From contig MEOA01000010.1 in assembly GCA_001768515.1 (NCBI GenBank), forward strand, positions 64,161 through 128,160: a DNA stretch of 64,000 nt. The letters are read 5' to 3'. This stretch comes from Bacteroidetes bacterium GWE2_42_24. GTDB lineage: Bacteria; Bacteroidota; Bacteroidia; Bacteroidales; TTA-H9. The notes under the pieces are model-generated. The model saw nothing but the letters and a program-made list of their open reading frames with translations, had not been told where the DNA came from and did not search any database. The position numbers were made by a program, and so were the translations under genes. Positions 1 to 10,695 of the stretch are shown piece after piece (the first letter of the stretch is position 1; each line of letters opens with the position of its first letter).

Positions 1-1962
1 GTAGCCCAGATCTTTCTCATTTCTACTCTTCTTGGCTTTGACCTGGGGGGCATTGCCATCGGGCAAAACCCTTTCTCGCTCCTTCGTGATACAATGGGAG
101 CCGCGCAGGCAGACTTTTTCTCTCATCCCAATTACCTCTCGATGATTACCGATGGTAACGGGCTGAATCCTCTGCTTGAAAACATCTGGATGACAACCCA
201 TCCTCCTATTCTTTTCCTTGGATATGCAGCAATGTTGGTTCCTTTTGCTTATGCCCTGGCCGGGCTATGGCGATCGAAACCCGTAGAATGGATCAAGCCG
301 GCACTTCCCTGGACGCTCTTCTCATTGCTAATCCTTGGCATTGGAATTATCCTCGGGGGGATGTGGGCTTATGTCTCGCTCACTTTCGGCGGGTTCTGGG
401 CATGGGATCCCGTTGAAAACGCTTCGCTGGTACCATGGATGGTTCTCGCTGCTGCACTGCACTTTCAGCTTGTGGCTCACAAACAGCGTACAAGCCTGGT
501 ATTCTCTGTCATATTTACTCTCGCGGGCTATTTCTTCGTACTATACGCCAGTTACCTCACCAAAAGCGGTGTATTGGCTGATTCTTCGGCACATTCGTTT
601 GGCGATAACGGGATGGTAACGCAGTTGGTCATTACCCTGGCTGCCTTTTTCTTTATTCCTTTGGCCCTGATCCTTAAAAGATATAGGTTATTGAAAGGAG
701 GCAAGAGCGAGAGCTTTGCCTCGCGCGAATTCTGGATGTTTGCCGGTGCTACCATTATGCTGCTTGCCACCTTCCAGATCATCTTTGTTACCTCCATTCC
801 GGTATGGAACCAACTCTTCGGTCTCGATATCGCGCCACCCGCAAACGTTGTGGCCTATTACAACAAATGGCAATCACCTTATGCAGTGCTGATTATGTTG
901 GCGATGGGGGTAGGATCTTTCATGCACTATCAGGTGACCAATATGAACAGGTTCCTTCGCCGGTCTACCTTGGCAGCCGGCATTGGAGTGACAGGCACTA
1001 TATTACTTGCTATTTTTGCCCCTATCCACAATCCTGTTTATATCATCCTCGTCTTCTCTGCCATTTTTACACTTGTGATCTCTATTGAGTTAGCCATTAT
1101 GCTGCTCAAAAAATCAAAAATACCAGGTGGCATGGTTAGTCATGCCGGTCTGGCAATTTTCCTTGCCGGGGTGGTACTCACTTTCTCTAACACCCGTACC
1201 ATTAGCACCAACACCTCGGGCTACTACCTGGGCGACGAAAAATTCAACCGTGAAAACATCATGCTGGTACGTGGCGACACCCTTGAGATGGCTGAATACT
1301 ATGTAACTTATCAGGATACCACCAACCTCGGACGAGAAACCTTTTATCGAATAGACTTTCTTCAAAAGACCGACCATGGTTTCGAAAAATTGTTTGATTT
1401 ATCGCCAACAGTTAATCGCAACACCAGGATGGGCTACGTGTACAATCCTGCTACCCGGCGGGGAATGACCCGCGACATTTACACCTACATCGCCTATGCT
1501 GAGGACGCTCCAGGTACACTGACCCCTCTGGGCGGTAAAGAAGTGGATAGGGGCGATACCATACTTGTTAAGCAAAATATGATCATTCTCGATAGTGTTG
1601 CCATTGGTTCCCGATCTACTGAAATCGACCCCAACAACGTAACGCTGACTGCTTACCTGACGATTAAAAATTCCAATTCCGATATCCGCCAGCATGTTAC
1701 CACTTCTTACATCGTCTCGAACGGCGAAGCCGAAAAGATTCCAACTACCCCTGACAGGGCAGGTGTACATATCGTCTTCGAAAAAGTATCGGATCAGCCG
1801 GGCAAAATCATCCTGAGCTTGTTCGAACCAAAGATGGATTTCATTGTCCTGCATGCCGTTGTAAATCCATACATCAACCTTATATGGGCAGGCGCAGGCA
1901 TTCTCTTTGCCGGTCTTTTCATGGCCATGTGGCGAAGGATACGAAATAAAAGAACAGCTTGA
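1..1962 (+). CDS. ccmF: CcmF/NrfE-family heme lyase (cytochrome c maturation), 5' end outside window
   Basis: Frame 1 is open from base 1 into ORF 94..1962. Polytopic membrane protein with the Trp-rich heme-handling box GGFWAWDPVENASLVPW, then a soluble C-terminal domain and a final TM helix. Confidence 0.8.
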   Translation, partial: VAQIFLISTLLGFDLGGIAIGQNPFSLLRDTMGAAQADFFSHPNYLSMITDGNGLNPLLENIWMTTHPPILFLGYAAMLVPFAYALAGLWRSKPVEWIKPALPWTLFSLLILGIGIILGGMWAYVSLTFGGFWAWDPVENASLVPWMVLAAALHFQLVAHKQRTSLVFSVIFTLAGYFFVLYASYLTKSGVLADSSAHSFGDNGMVTQLVITLAAFFFIPLALILKRYRLLKGGKSESFASREFWMFAGATIMLLATFQIIFVTSIPVWNQLFGLDIAPPANVVAYYNKWQSPYAVLIMLAMGVGSFMHYQVTNMNRFLRRSTLAAGIGVTGTILLAIFAPIHNPVYIILVFSAIFTLVISIELAIMLLKKSKIPGGMVSHAGLAIFLAGVVLTFSNTRTISTNTSGYYLGDEKFNRENIMLVRGDTLEMAEYYVTYQDTTNLGRETFYRIDFLQKTDHGFEKLFDLSPTVNRNTRMGYVYNPATRRGMTRDIYTYIAYAEDAPGTLTPLGGKEVDRGDTILVKQNMIILDSVAIGSRSTEIDPNNVTLTAYLTIKNSNSDIRQHVTTSYIVSNGEAEKIPTTPDRAGVHIVFEKVSDQPGKIILSLFEPKMDFIVLHAVVNPYINLIWAGAGILFAGLFMAMWRRIRNKRTA

Positions 1963-1990
1963 CATGATGTAACATTACTACATCTCCATG

Positions 1991-2037
1991 CGGAGCAAAA
2001 AGCCTGTTTGTGATAACGGCTGTTTGCTCCGTTTTTT
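1991..2037 (+). terminator. rho-independent terminator after ccmF
   Basis: Stem CGGAGCAAAAAGCC / GGCTGTTTGCTCCG (one mismatch) around a 13-nt loop, followed by TTTTTT, about 29 nt after the stop codon. Confidence 0.7.
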
Positions 2038-2255
2038 AAGCTGTACGCAATGAGGAACCGCTAAAATGTTACTTATCTGCCAATACAAGCCCCTGTTTGC
2101 TTATCTGAGAAGTCAAACTGAGCAGCACAATTGTCGATAGCAAAACTCTTTGACGACGGTCATTAAAAAACCAGGCTATTGACCTATATAGGTAAAATGA
2201 ATGGCATCAGCCGGGAAATATATTAAATTTGCCATCCACCCAAATGTAAAAACAC

Positions 2256-2798
2256 ATGGAAATCATCGAGACGGAAATTCGCGACCTTAAGATCATCAAA
2301 CCTCAGGTATTCGAAGACGAGCGCGGCTATTTCTTTGAGTCATATAATCTTGAGAAATTTGCCAATGCCGGAATTGATATAGCCTTTGTACAGGATAACG
2401 AATCGAAATCAATGAAGGATGTGCTCAGGGGGCTTCATTTTCAGGCACCGCCATTTGCCCAGGGGAAGCTGGTCAGGGTTATGCGGGGTGCTGTGCTTGA
2501 TGTTGCCGTCGATTTACGTAAAGGAAGTTCCACCTATGGGAAGTGGGCATCTATCATCCTGACCGAATCAAATAAATTCATGTATTGGATTCCTGCGGGG
2601 ATGGCACATGGATTCCTGACGCTTCAGGATCATACCGTGTTTTTTTACAAATGCACAAATGTGTATAATAAGCCATCAGAAGGAAGCATCCGCTGGGACG
2701 ATCCTACCCTTCAGATTGATTGGGGAACTAAACAACCGATACTATCAGCCAAAGATGAAACTGCCCCTCTTTTCGAAGGCTTTGTGAGTCCGTTTTAA
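2256..2798 (+). CDS. rfbC: dTDP-4-dehydrorhamnose 3,5-epimerase
   Basis: 180 aa with RmlC-type motifs FEDERGYFFESYN and RGLHFQ; typical length. Confidence 0.9.
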   Translation: MEIIETEIRDLKIIKPQVFEDERGYFFESYNLEKFANAGIDIAFVQDNESKSMKDVLRGLHFQAPPFAQGKLVRVMRGAVLDVAVDLRKGSSTYGKWASIILTESNKFMYWIPAGMAHGFLTLQDHTVFFYKCTNVYNKPSEGSIRWDDPTLQIDWGTKQPILSAKDETAPLFEGFVSPF

Positions 2799-2862
2799 AC
2801 AGTGTAATACCTTTAAGCCTTCTGTTGACCCCAAAAATATTACCTTTGCGGGTTCTTTCCTT

Positions 2863-2890
2863 TACCCCTGAAAAAGGGGTATTGGTTGTT
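2863..2890 (+). terminator. possible terminator after rfbC
   Basis: Hairpin TACCCCT-gaaaa-AGGGGTA followed by the T-rich tail TTGGTTGTT. Confidence 0.4.
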
Positions 2891-2908
2891 ATATTATTAT
2901 ATATAAAC

Positions 2909-3901
2909 ATGTACATTCGCAATCAAATCGTTCATATAGCACTGCTGCTCGGAATCGGTATCGCGATTATAATATTGCACCTTAGTATGGCTGATAACCG
3001 CCTGGAAAACATTGCCAGCGATTTCTCCGAACGAACAGGGTTCCATTCCGTGGCGGTTCCACTACCTTCGCAACTTGAACTCGCGGGAGAAAAGGTGCCG
3101 TTAAATCTTTTCTACGTTCGTGAAAGCCTTGACCGTGAACTCACTTCAAACACTTATTGGCACTCGAACACCATTCTGATGTTCAAGCGAAGCCATCGAT
3201 TCTTTCCAATCATTGAAAGAATCCTGAAAAAAAATGGCATTCCGGAGGACATGAAATATCTGGCATTGGTTGAAAGCGGGCTTACCGTAGTAACCTCATC
3301 TGCCGGCGCAGGCGGTTATTGGCAATTCATCCCGGAAACAGCCAAGACCTACGGCCTGGAGATCAATTCTTGGGTTGATGAACGCAATCATATTGAGAAA
3401 TCAACAGAGGCAGCGTGCAAATACCTAAAGAAATCGTATGAAGAACACGGTAACTGGACCATGGTTGCAGCATCTTACAATGGCGGTCAGGGGCGGATGA
3501 AAAGGGTCGTTAAACATCAGGGAACAAACAACTTTTACGAGCTTTTTCTGAACAATGAAACCTCTAGATATGTGTATCGGCTGCTCGCCATGAAACTCAT
3601 TTTTGAACATCCTGAAAAATATGGATACAAGATTCGCCCTGAAGACATGTACCCCCACATTCCCACAAAAAAAGTAGAAATCACCCAATCAGTGAGTAAC
3701 TTACCTCAATTTGCCCGGGACAATGGCATCAACTACCGCATGCTTCGAGAAATGAATCCCTGGCTCTCCGACAGCACAATTCAGGTGAAGGATGGGAAAA
3801 AATACACGGTACTCATCCCGACAGGGAGGTTTAATGATTATGACCAACTCATCAGGGATGATATTCAAAATACTGCCAGAGCCGACTCATCGAAGATATG
3901 A
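2909..3901 (+). CDS. membrane-anchored lytic transglycosylase (SLT domain, MltD-like)
   Basis: The ORF opens at 2825 (TTG), but the first ATG at 2909 sits just before the single N-terminal TM helix. SLT motifs LALVESGL, GYWQF and AASYNGG are present. Confidence 0.75.
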   Translation: MYIRNQIVHIALLLGIGIAIIILHLSMADNRLENIASDFSERTGFHSVAVPLPSQLELAGEKVPLNLFYVRESLDRELTSNTYWHSNTILMFKRSHRFFPIIERILKKNGIPEDMKYLALVESGLTVVTSSAGAGGYWQFIPETAKTYGLEINSWVDERNHIEKSTEAACKYLKKSYEEHGNWTMVAASYNGGQGRMKRVVKHQGTNNFYELFLNNETSRYVYRLLAMKLIFEHPEKYGYKIRPEDMYPHIPTKKVEITQSVSNLPQFARDNGINYRMLREMNPWLSDSTIQVKDGKKYTVLIPTGRFNDYDQLIRDDIQNTARADSSKI

Positions 3902-6783
3902 AAAGTGAACTCAACTCGGGTGAAATGAAGGAGCATAAAAAAGAAATTGGCTCTTTCGAGGAAGAAAAACTACAGATTTATGGCGCAAGGGTTCACAACC
4001 TTAAGAACATTGATCTGACCCTACCACGTAACAAACTCGTGGTTATTACAGGCCTTAGCGGAAGCGGCAAGTCCTCCCTCGCCTTTGATACCATTTATGC
4101 CGAAGGGCAACGCCGTTACATGGAAACCTTTTCGGCCTACGCAAGGCATTTTCTAGGTACAATGGAGCGCCCCGATGTAGATAAAATTACAGGGCTAAGC
4201 CCGGTAATCAGCATTGAACAAAAATCGACCAACAACAATCCCCGCTCAACTGTTGGTACAATTACCGAGATTTACGACTTCCTTCGTTTGCTTTATGCAC
4301 GTGTAGCTGAAGCTTACTCGCATGTTACAGGCGAAAAAATGGTTAAGTATACCGAGGAAAAGATCATTGAGCTTATTCTGGAGGAATTTGCCGGGCGGAA
4401 GGTTTTGCTGCTTGCCCCGGTGGTTAAAGGACGTAAAGGGCATTACAGAGAGTTGTTTGAGCAGCTTCGAAAGCAGGGTTATCTGCGTGTAAGAGTCGAT
4501 GGGGAACTGGTTGAATTGCATCCGACCTTGCAAACTGACAGGTATAAAATTCATGACATTGAACTCGTGATTGACCGCCTGAAGGTAAATCAGGAGAGCA
4601 GGGCACGGTTGGTTCAGTCGGTTCAGGCTGCACTTCGGCAGGGGAAAGGCAGTGTCACAGTAATGGAGGAGAACCAAACCCTAACCAGGCATTTCAGCAG
4701 ACACCTCATGTGCCCAACATCTGGAATAGCCTACGAAGAACCAGAACCCAATACCTTTTCTTTTAACTCACCTTATGGCGCCTGTCCAAAATGCAATGGA
4801 CTGGGGCAGATCTCAGAGATAGACCTTGAAAAAATATTTCCGGATCCAAAACTTTCAATTCGAAAAGGGGGGATAGCACCAGTCGGAGAATACAAAAACA
4901 GTTGGATTTTCCATCAACTTGAAGGGATCGGAATCCGCTATGACTTCACCCTGGATACATCGGTGGAAGATATTCCCGATAAAGCTATCAATGCCATACT
5001 CTATGGGAGCGACGACAACTTCAAAGTAAAACGGGAAGTAAATGGCGTAATTAATACCTATACACTAAGCTTTGAAGGTATTGTGAATTTCATTCTGGCC
5101 CAAAACGATGAAAACGCAGGTCCTTCAGTACGCAAATGGGTTGGCAGTTTCCTGAACCGCATTGACTGCCCTGAGTGTAAAGGAGCCCGCCTGAAGCGTG
5201 AGTCGTTGCAATTTAAAATTGACGGGCACAACATCAGTGAACTGGCACAAATGGATCTTGTTTCGCTTCGTGACCTGATTGACAACCTCAGCGAGAGGCT
5301 TGATGAGCGGCGCAGAACAATCGCTTTCGAGATGATCAGGGAGATCAGAACAAGGCTTGGCTTTTTACTCGATGTGGGATTGGAATATCTGGCACTTGAC
5401 CGGCCAGCAAGAAGCCTTTCAGGCGGAGAGGGTCAACGGATAAGACTCGCCACCCAGATCGGGTCACAGCTTGTCGGGGTACTCTACATTCTCGATGAGC
5501 CGAGTATTGGACTTCATCAACGTGATAACCAGAAATTGATACATGCACTCCGTAATTTGCGTGATGTAGGAAACTCGGTGATTGTAGTCGAGCATGACAA
5601 GGACATGATTCTGGCAGCCGACCATGTCGTTGACATCGGGCCAGGCGCAGGTGTTCATGGCGGTCATGTCGTAGCTCAGGGGCCTCCTTCCTCAATGGAT
5701 CATTGCAATACCCTCACATGCGATTATATCAGCGGGAAAAAACGGATTGAAATACCTGCCATACGCCGTCCTGGGAACGGGCATTTTCTGACATTATCGG
5801 GCGCCACCGGAAACAACCTGAAAGATGTTACCCTCAGGCTCCCGCTTGGAAAATTTATTTGCGTAACCGGAGTCTCAGGAAGTGGCAAATCAAGTTTGGT
5901 AAACGAAACCCTGTACCCGATACTAAGCAACAAGTTTTACCGCTCGGAGCGAAAGCCTCTGCCCTATAAATCGATTGAAGGCTTGTCGAACATCGACAAA
6001 GTAATTGAGATCGATCAATCTCCCATCGGACGTACACCCCGCAGTAACCCTGCCACTTATACTAAGATATTTGACGAGATACGCAGCCTTTTTGTCATGT
6101 TACCTGAGGCCAAAATCAGAGGCTACAAACCCGGCCGCTTTTCTTTCAACGTAAAGGGTGGCCGTTGCGAGATATGCACCGGAGCAGGTGTCAAGGTGAT
6201 TGAGATGAATTTTCTTCCCGATGTGATGGTTCCTTGCGAAGAATGTCAGGGAAAACGATATAACCGCGAGACACTGGAGGTGCGTTACCGGGGAAAATCT
6301 ATCAGTGATATACTTGATATGACGATTGATCAGGCTGTTGAGTTCTTCGAAAACCTTCCGTCACTGTTGCAAAAAATCAGAACCCTTCAGGAAGTCGGAC
6401 TTGGATACGTCACACTTGGACAGTCCTCCACAACGCTTTCGGGAGGAGAAGCCCAGCGGGTAAAACTTGCAACTGAGCTCTCCAAGCGCGATACAGGAAA
6501 AACCCTATATATTCTGGATGAACCCACAACCGGACTACACTTTGAAGACGTACGAGTACTCATCGAGGTATTGAACCGGTTGGCCCTGAAAGGGAATACC
6601 ATCCTCGTGATTGAACATAGCATGGAGATCATAAAGGTGGCTGATCACGTCATCGATATGGGTCCTGAAGGTGGTGCCAAAGGAGGGCAAATCGTGGCAG
6701 AAGGCTCACCCGAAGAGGTGGCTCATGCAACATCAGGGCACACAGCCCGTTTTCTACTTGAATCGCTTAATGAATTTAAATAA
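3898..6783 (+). CDS. uvrA: excinuclease ABC subunit A
   Basis: 961 aa with GLSGSGKSSLAFDTIYAEGQRRY, two ABC ATPase modules (LSGGE repeated) and Cys4 zinc modules (CPKCNGLG, CPECKGAR, CEICTGAG..CEECQGKRY). ATGA overlap with the upstream gene. Confidence 0.95.
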   Translation: MKSELNSGEMKEHKKEIGSFEEEKLQIYGARVHNLKNIDLTLPRNKLVVITGLSGSGKSSLAFDTIYAEGQRRYMETFSAYARHFLGTMERPDVDKITGLSPVISIEQKSTNNNPRSTVGTITEIYDFLRLLYARVAEAYSHVTGEKMVKYTEEKIIELILEEFAGRKVLLLAPVVKGRKGHYRELFEQLRKQGYLRVRVDGELVELHPTLQTDRYKIHDIELVIDRLKVNQESRARLVQSVQAALRQGKGSVTVMEENQTLTRHFSRHLMCPTSGIAYEEPEPNTFSFNSPYGACPKCNGLGQISEIDLEKIFPDPKLSIRKGGIAPVGEYKNSWIFHQLEGIGIRYDFTLDTSVEDIPDKAINAILYGSDDNFKVKREVNGVINTYTLSFEGIVNFILAQNDENAGPSVRKWVGSFLNRIDCPECKGARLKRESLQFKIDGHNISELAQMDLVSLRDLIDNLSERLDERRRTIAFEMIREIRTRLGFLLDVGLEYLALDRPARSLSGGEGQRIRLATQIGSQLVGVLYILDEPSIGLHQRDNQKLIHALRNLRDVGNSVIVVEHDKDMILAADHVVDIGPGAGVHGGHVVAQGPPSSMDHCNTLTCDYISGKKRIEIPAIRRPGNGHFLTLSGATGNNLKDVTLRLPLGKFICVTGVSGSGKSSLVNETLYPILSNKFYRSERKPLPYKSIEGLSNIDKVIEIDQSPIGRTPRSNPATYTKIFDEIRSLFVMLPEAKIRGYKPGRFSFNVKGGRCEICTGAGVKVIEMNFLPDVMVPCEECQGKRYNRETLEVRYRGKSISDILDMTIDQAVEFFENLPSLLQKIRTLQEVGLGYVTLGQSSTTLSGGEAQRVKLATELSKRDTGKTLYILDEPTTGLHFEDVRVLIEVLNRLALKGNTILVIEHSMEIIKVADHVIDMGPEGGAKGGQIVAEGSPEEVAHATSGHTARFLLESLNEFK

Positions 6784-6791
6784 TAATTACC

Positions 6792-8462
6792 ATGGCTGCT
6801 AATACCATCGAGATCATTTGTGAAAACACCGGGATGACAAAGTCCTACACGAAAGGAACCACACTTGATCAGATTGCCGCCGATCAAAACATCCAACTAA
6901 AGGAGCCTGTTCTGGGTGCACTAATTAACAATAAATTGCGTGAATTATGCTACGATGTTTACAAACCCAAAACCGTCCAGTTTGTCGACATGACGCATCC
7001 CATCGGTTACCGGATGTATGCCCGTTCGTTGGCATTTATCATGTACAAGGCCGTAATGGATATGTGGCCCGAGGCAACACTTCGTATTGAACATTCGGTT
7101 TCGAAGGGCTGGTATTGCGAAATTGACAATGTGGGTATCATCATCAAGCCCGAGAACGTGGAAGAGCTTGAGAAAAAGATGAAAGAAATCGTGATGGCGG
7201 ATATCCCTTTCACCCGAACAGAGGTTCGTACTGAAAAGGCAATAGCGCTGTTTCAGGAGCGTCAGATGTCCGATAAGGCCGACCTTTTTGGCACACGCAC
7301 CGATATGTACACATCCATTTATAGTCTTGGCGATCAGATAAATTACTTTTACGGTTATTTGGTTCCATCAACCAGGTACATTCATACTTTCGACCTGATT
7401 CCTTTCAATGGTGGCTTATTACTAAGGCTGCCCGAAAGGCACAATCCCCACCATCTGCCACCTGTTCCCCGACAAGAGAAACTATTTAAGATTTTCCGTG
7501 AGCATAAAAAATGGGGTATCATCATGAAAGTCCCATACGTTGGGAATCTTAATGAAGCCGTCGCCGGTCACCATGAATCTGAGCTGATTCAAGTGGCCGA
7601 AGCACTACATGAAAAAAAAGTAGCACGTATTGCCGATAAGATTTTTAAACGACGGCATGAAGTAAAAATAATCCTGATTTCGGGTCCATCATCCTCGGGC
7701 AAGACAACCTTCAGCAAGCGACTTGGTGTTCAGCTTTCGGTACTGGGTTTTCGTACACGACTGATTTCAATCGACGACTACTTCGTTGACCGTGAATTAA
7801 CGCCGCGCGATGAGAAAGGCGATTATGATTTCGAAACCATCAAGGCGATCAATGTAGAAAAGTTCAATCAGGATCTTAAGGATCTGATCGACGGGAGACA
7901 GATTGAATTGCCACGATTTGATTTCAATGAAGGGAAAAGCAAACTTTCTGGCAAAATACTGCAATTGGGAGACAATGACCTGCTGATCGTTGAAGGCATC
8001 CATGGATTGAATCCGGAATTAACCCCCGGGATTAAACCAGGGCAAAAGTTTAAGGTTTTTGTTTCGGCACTTACACAGATCTCCATCGACACCCAAAACC
8101 CAATTCCTTCGACCGATAACCGACTCATTCGTCGTATTGTACGTGATTATCAGTACCGGGGTTATTCGGCCCTGAATACGCTACGCAGGTGGGATAGCGT
8201 GCGCGCTGGTGAAGAGGCCAATATTTTCCCCTTTCAGGAGCAGGCTGACATCATGTTCAACTCTGCTTTGTTTTATGAACTGGCAGTATTAAAAACGATG
8301 GCCGAACCCATTCTCAAGGAGGTTCAGCAGAACGTTCCTGAATACGCTGAAGCCGTCCGCCTGCTCAAATTTCTCTCCTTCTTCAGAACAATTGGATCGA
8401 AGGAAATCCCCCCAACGAGCATCCTTCGTGAATTTCTTGGAGGAAGCAGCTTCATATATTAA
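6792..8462 (+). CDS. uridine kinase/phosphoribulokinase-family nucleoside kinase with long N-terminal extension
   Basis: P-loop ISGPSSSGKTTFSKRL in the C-terminal half, followed by a PRK/Udk-like region (IVEGIHGLNP). The roughly 280-aa N-terminal domain has unclear function. Confidence 0.6.
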   Translation: MAANTIEIICENTGMTKSYTKGTTLDQIAADQNIQLKEPVLGALINNKLRELCYDVYKPKTVQFVDMTHPIGYRMYARSLAFIMYKAVMDMWPEATLRIEHSVSKGWYCEIDNVGIIIKPENVEELEKKMKEIVMADIPFTRTEVRTEKAIALFQERQMSDKADLFGTRTDMYTSIYSLGDQINYFYGYLVPSTRYIHTFDLIPFNGGLLLRLPERHNPHHLPPVPRQEKLFKIFREHKKWGIIMKVPYVGNLNEAVAGHHESELIQVAEALHEKKVARIADKIFKRRHEVKIILISGPSSSGKTTFSKRLGVQLSVLGFRTRLISIDDYFVDRELTPRDEKGDYDFETIKAINVEKFNQDLKDLIDGRQIELPRFDFNEGKSKLSGKILQLGDNDLLIVEGIHGLNPELTPGIKPGQKFKVFVSALTQISIDTQNPIPSTDNRLIRRIVRDYQYRGYSALNTLRRWDSVRAGEEANIFPFQEQADIMFNSALFYELAVLKTMAEPILKEVQQNVPEYAEAVRLLKFLSFFRTIGSKEIPPTSILREFLGGSSFIY

Positions 8463-8470
8463 TAGAGCAT

Positions 8471-9316
8471 ATGAAAAGTTTTGTTCCACTACAATACATC
8501 CCCATTGAGGACGACGGCTACCACATTCAGATCCAAGCCACTGTCAACAGTCACAATGTACGGCTGGTTGTTGACTCTGGCGCCTCTCGTTCAGTGTTAG
8601 ACCTGAACAGAATTAACAGGCTTAATGGAACAGATCAGCGGGCTGTCGCTCATATTGAGGCTCAAGGTCTTGGCGAAGATATAGAAAGCTATTTACTTCA
8701 TTGTGATGAAATTAAGCTTTTAAGCCAGCGGTTAGTGGACTACAATGTTGTACTTGTTGATCTGACCCCAATGAACCAATTGTTTAGTTCTCTCAATGCA
8801 CCCAAAATTGCAGGTATTCTGGGAGGGGATCTTTTGGCTGAGTATAAAGGAATTATAAACTACGATAAGAGAACCCTGAAAATTGCAGGAAAGAGCTACC
8901 CCCTCTTTATATTAAGCTTTACAGACGGTTCTTTTCACATGATAACCCATCTTCCGGTGAATGGTAAACCTGCTTGTTTCCTGCTGGATACCGGAGCCAG
9001 TAAAACTGTTTTTGATATCAGGGAATTTCCAAACCTTCACTCTTTTGACACTAATGACTTGGTCCTAAACGATAGACCATCTGCAGGTATTCACATAACA
9101 ACTTCCGAGCACCAATCCATTCAGCTTGAGAAATTGTCGTTTGGTTACCTTACTATGTACAAAACAGAAATTTTGTTACTTGACTTATCAAACATAAATT
9201 ACACTTATTCGTTGCTGAATCTCCCCCCCATCGATGGTATTCTGGGAAACGATTTGCTTAGATCGCTTGAAGCCATTATCAATTATAAAAAGAAAACACT
9301 AAGGCTTAAAGATTAA
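8471..9316 (+). CDS. tandem retropepsin-like (clan AA) aspartic protease, two domains in one chain
   Basis: Two internal repeats each carry a D-S/T-G-A catalytic motif (VVDSGASRSVLD and LLDTGASKTVFD) and a GILGxDLL..IINY.K.TL closing motif. Confidence 0.6.
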   Translation: MKSFVPLQYIPIEDDGYHIQIQATVNSHNVRLVVDSGASRSVLDLNRINRLNGTDQRAVAHIEAQGLGEDIESYLLHCDEIKLLSQRLVDYNVVLVDLTPMNQLFSSLNAPKIAGILGGDLLAEYKGIINYDKRTLKIAGKSYPLFILSFTDGSFHMITHLPVNGKPACFLLDTGASKTVFDIREFPNLHSFDTNDLVLNDRPSAGIHITTSEHQSIQLEKLSFGYLTMYKTEILLLDLSNINYTYSLLNLPPIDGILGNDLLRSLEAIINYKKKTLRLKD

Positions 9317-9324
9317 TTATTTAT

Positions 9325-10686
9325 ATGCAAAATCTTACTGAAGGCAAGGCAGGGAGCCTTATTCTCAAATTCGCCATACCAATGTTGCTTGGGAATGTCT
9401 TCATGCAAATTTATAGTGTAATTAACAGCATTGTGGTCGGGTTATTCATTGGAAAAGAGGCTCTCGCTGCAGTGGGAGCCTCTTTCCCTTTAATCTTTGC
9501 ACTGGTGAGTTTCATTATTGGAATTGGTATGGGATTCTCAATCGCCATCTCACAATACTTTGGTGCGCGCGACATAACAAAAGTTACCAGGACCATCGAC
9601 ACCATGTGGATTTTTCTGCTAGTATCATCAATAATTATTACAGTTATTGGGTTAACCTTCAGCAGACAATTGCTTGTTCTCACCGGTATTCCTGGAGATG
9701 TTCTTCCACTTGCGATACCCTATTTCAACATTAATATCATCGGGTTTATTGTGTTGTTCGCGTTCAATGGTGGGACGTCCGCCTTGAGAGGACTCGGCGA
9801 CTCCAAGACTCCCTTATATTTTCTCATTATTTCCACGCTAGTCAATATTGCCCTTGATTTGCTCTTTGTTCTGGTGTTCAAATGGGGCATAGAAGGAACA
9901 GCATGGGCTACAGTCATTGCTCAGGCCGGTGCTTTCTGTACAATGGCCATATACCTGAACCGGACGCACCAAATCATTAAAATAAACTTTCGCAGATACG
10001 TTTTCGATCGCGAAATATTCATGAAGAGTGTCAAAATTGGATTGCCTACAGGTTTCCAGCAAACATTTGTCTCTCTTGGAATGGTAGCCTTGCTCAGTAT
10101 TGTTTCCCAATTTGGGACCGTGGCTGTTGCAGCCTATACAGTCGCCACTCGCATTGACTCATTCGCTTCGATGCCGGCAATGAATTTTGCCTCCGCCTTA
10201 TCGACTTTTGTAGGTCAAAACTTAGGAGCAGGACGTGCCGACAGGGTAAGATCAGGAATGATTGCCACCTTGAAAATGACTTCTGTCATCTCCCTTTCTG
10301 TAACCATAATTGCTATCCTCTTCAGCAGGCAAATGATGGGCATCTTTACCAGAGACCCTGAGATTATAGCTATTGGAGCCGATTATCTGGTAATCGTAAG
10401 TTCGTTTTATTTGTTCTTCTCTGCCATGTTTGTTATAAGCGGTGTAATGCGTGGTGCAGGCGATACATTGATTCCGATGTTCATCACACTGCTCTCGCTC
10501 TGGCTAATCAGGATCCCTGTATCGTGGTTGTTGTCTGATGCCATAGGTATTCATGGCATTTGGTGGGGTATTCCCATAGCCTGGTTTATCGGAATGGTTG
10601 GGGCATGGTTTTACTACAAAACGGGCAGATGGAAACTAAAGGCCATCGTAAAGCATCTGTTGACTGTAGACGCTGGGGCTAAATAA
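9325..10686 (+). CDS. MATE family efflux transporter
   Basis: 453 aa with about 12 predicted TM helices and a MATE-typical N-terminus (LILKFAIPMLLGNVFMQIYSVINSIVVG). Confidence 0.85.
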   Translation: MQNLTEGKAGSLILKFAIPMLLGNVFMQIYSVINSIVVGLFIGKEALAAVGASFPLIFALVSFIIGIGMGFSIAISQYFGARDITKVTRTIDTMWIFLLVSSIIITVIGLTFSRQLLVLTGIPGDVLPLAIPYFNINIIGFIVLFAFNGGTSALRGLGDSKTPLYFLIISTLVNIALDLLFVLVFKWGIEGTAWATVIAQAGAFCTMAIYLNRTHQIIKINFRRYVFDREIFMKSVKIGLPTGFQQTFVSLGMVALLSIVSQFGTVAVAAYTVATRIDSFASMPAMNFASALSTFVGQNLGAGRADRVRSGMIATLKMTSVISLSVTIIAILFSRQMMGIFTRDPEIIAIGADYLVIVSSFYLFFSAMFVISGVMRGAGDTLIPMFITLLSLWLIRIPVSWLLSDAIGIHGIWWGIPIAWFIGMVGAWFYYKTGRWKLKAIVKHLLTVDAGAK

Positions 10687-10695
10687 CTAAATGGT

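Noticed and set aside
1399-1965. Long ORFs antisense to well-supported genes: 1399..1965, 15862..16266, 25041..25436, 32880..33365, 48688..49161, 53181..53588, 54319..54894 and 62961..63596.
   Set aside because: Each lies fully inside a gene whose product has clear family motifs on the other strand. Their translations are low-complexity or Cys/Arg/His-rich with no recognisable motifs. They are typical shadow ORFs.
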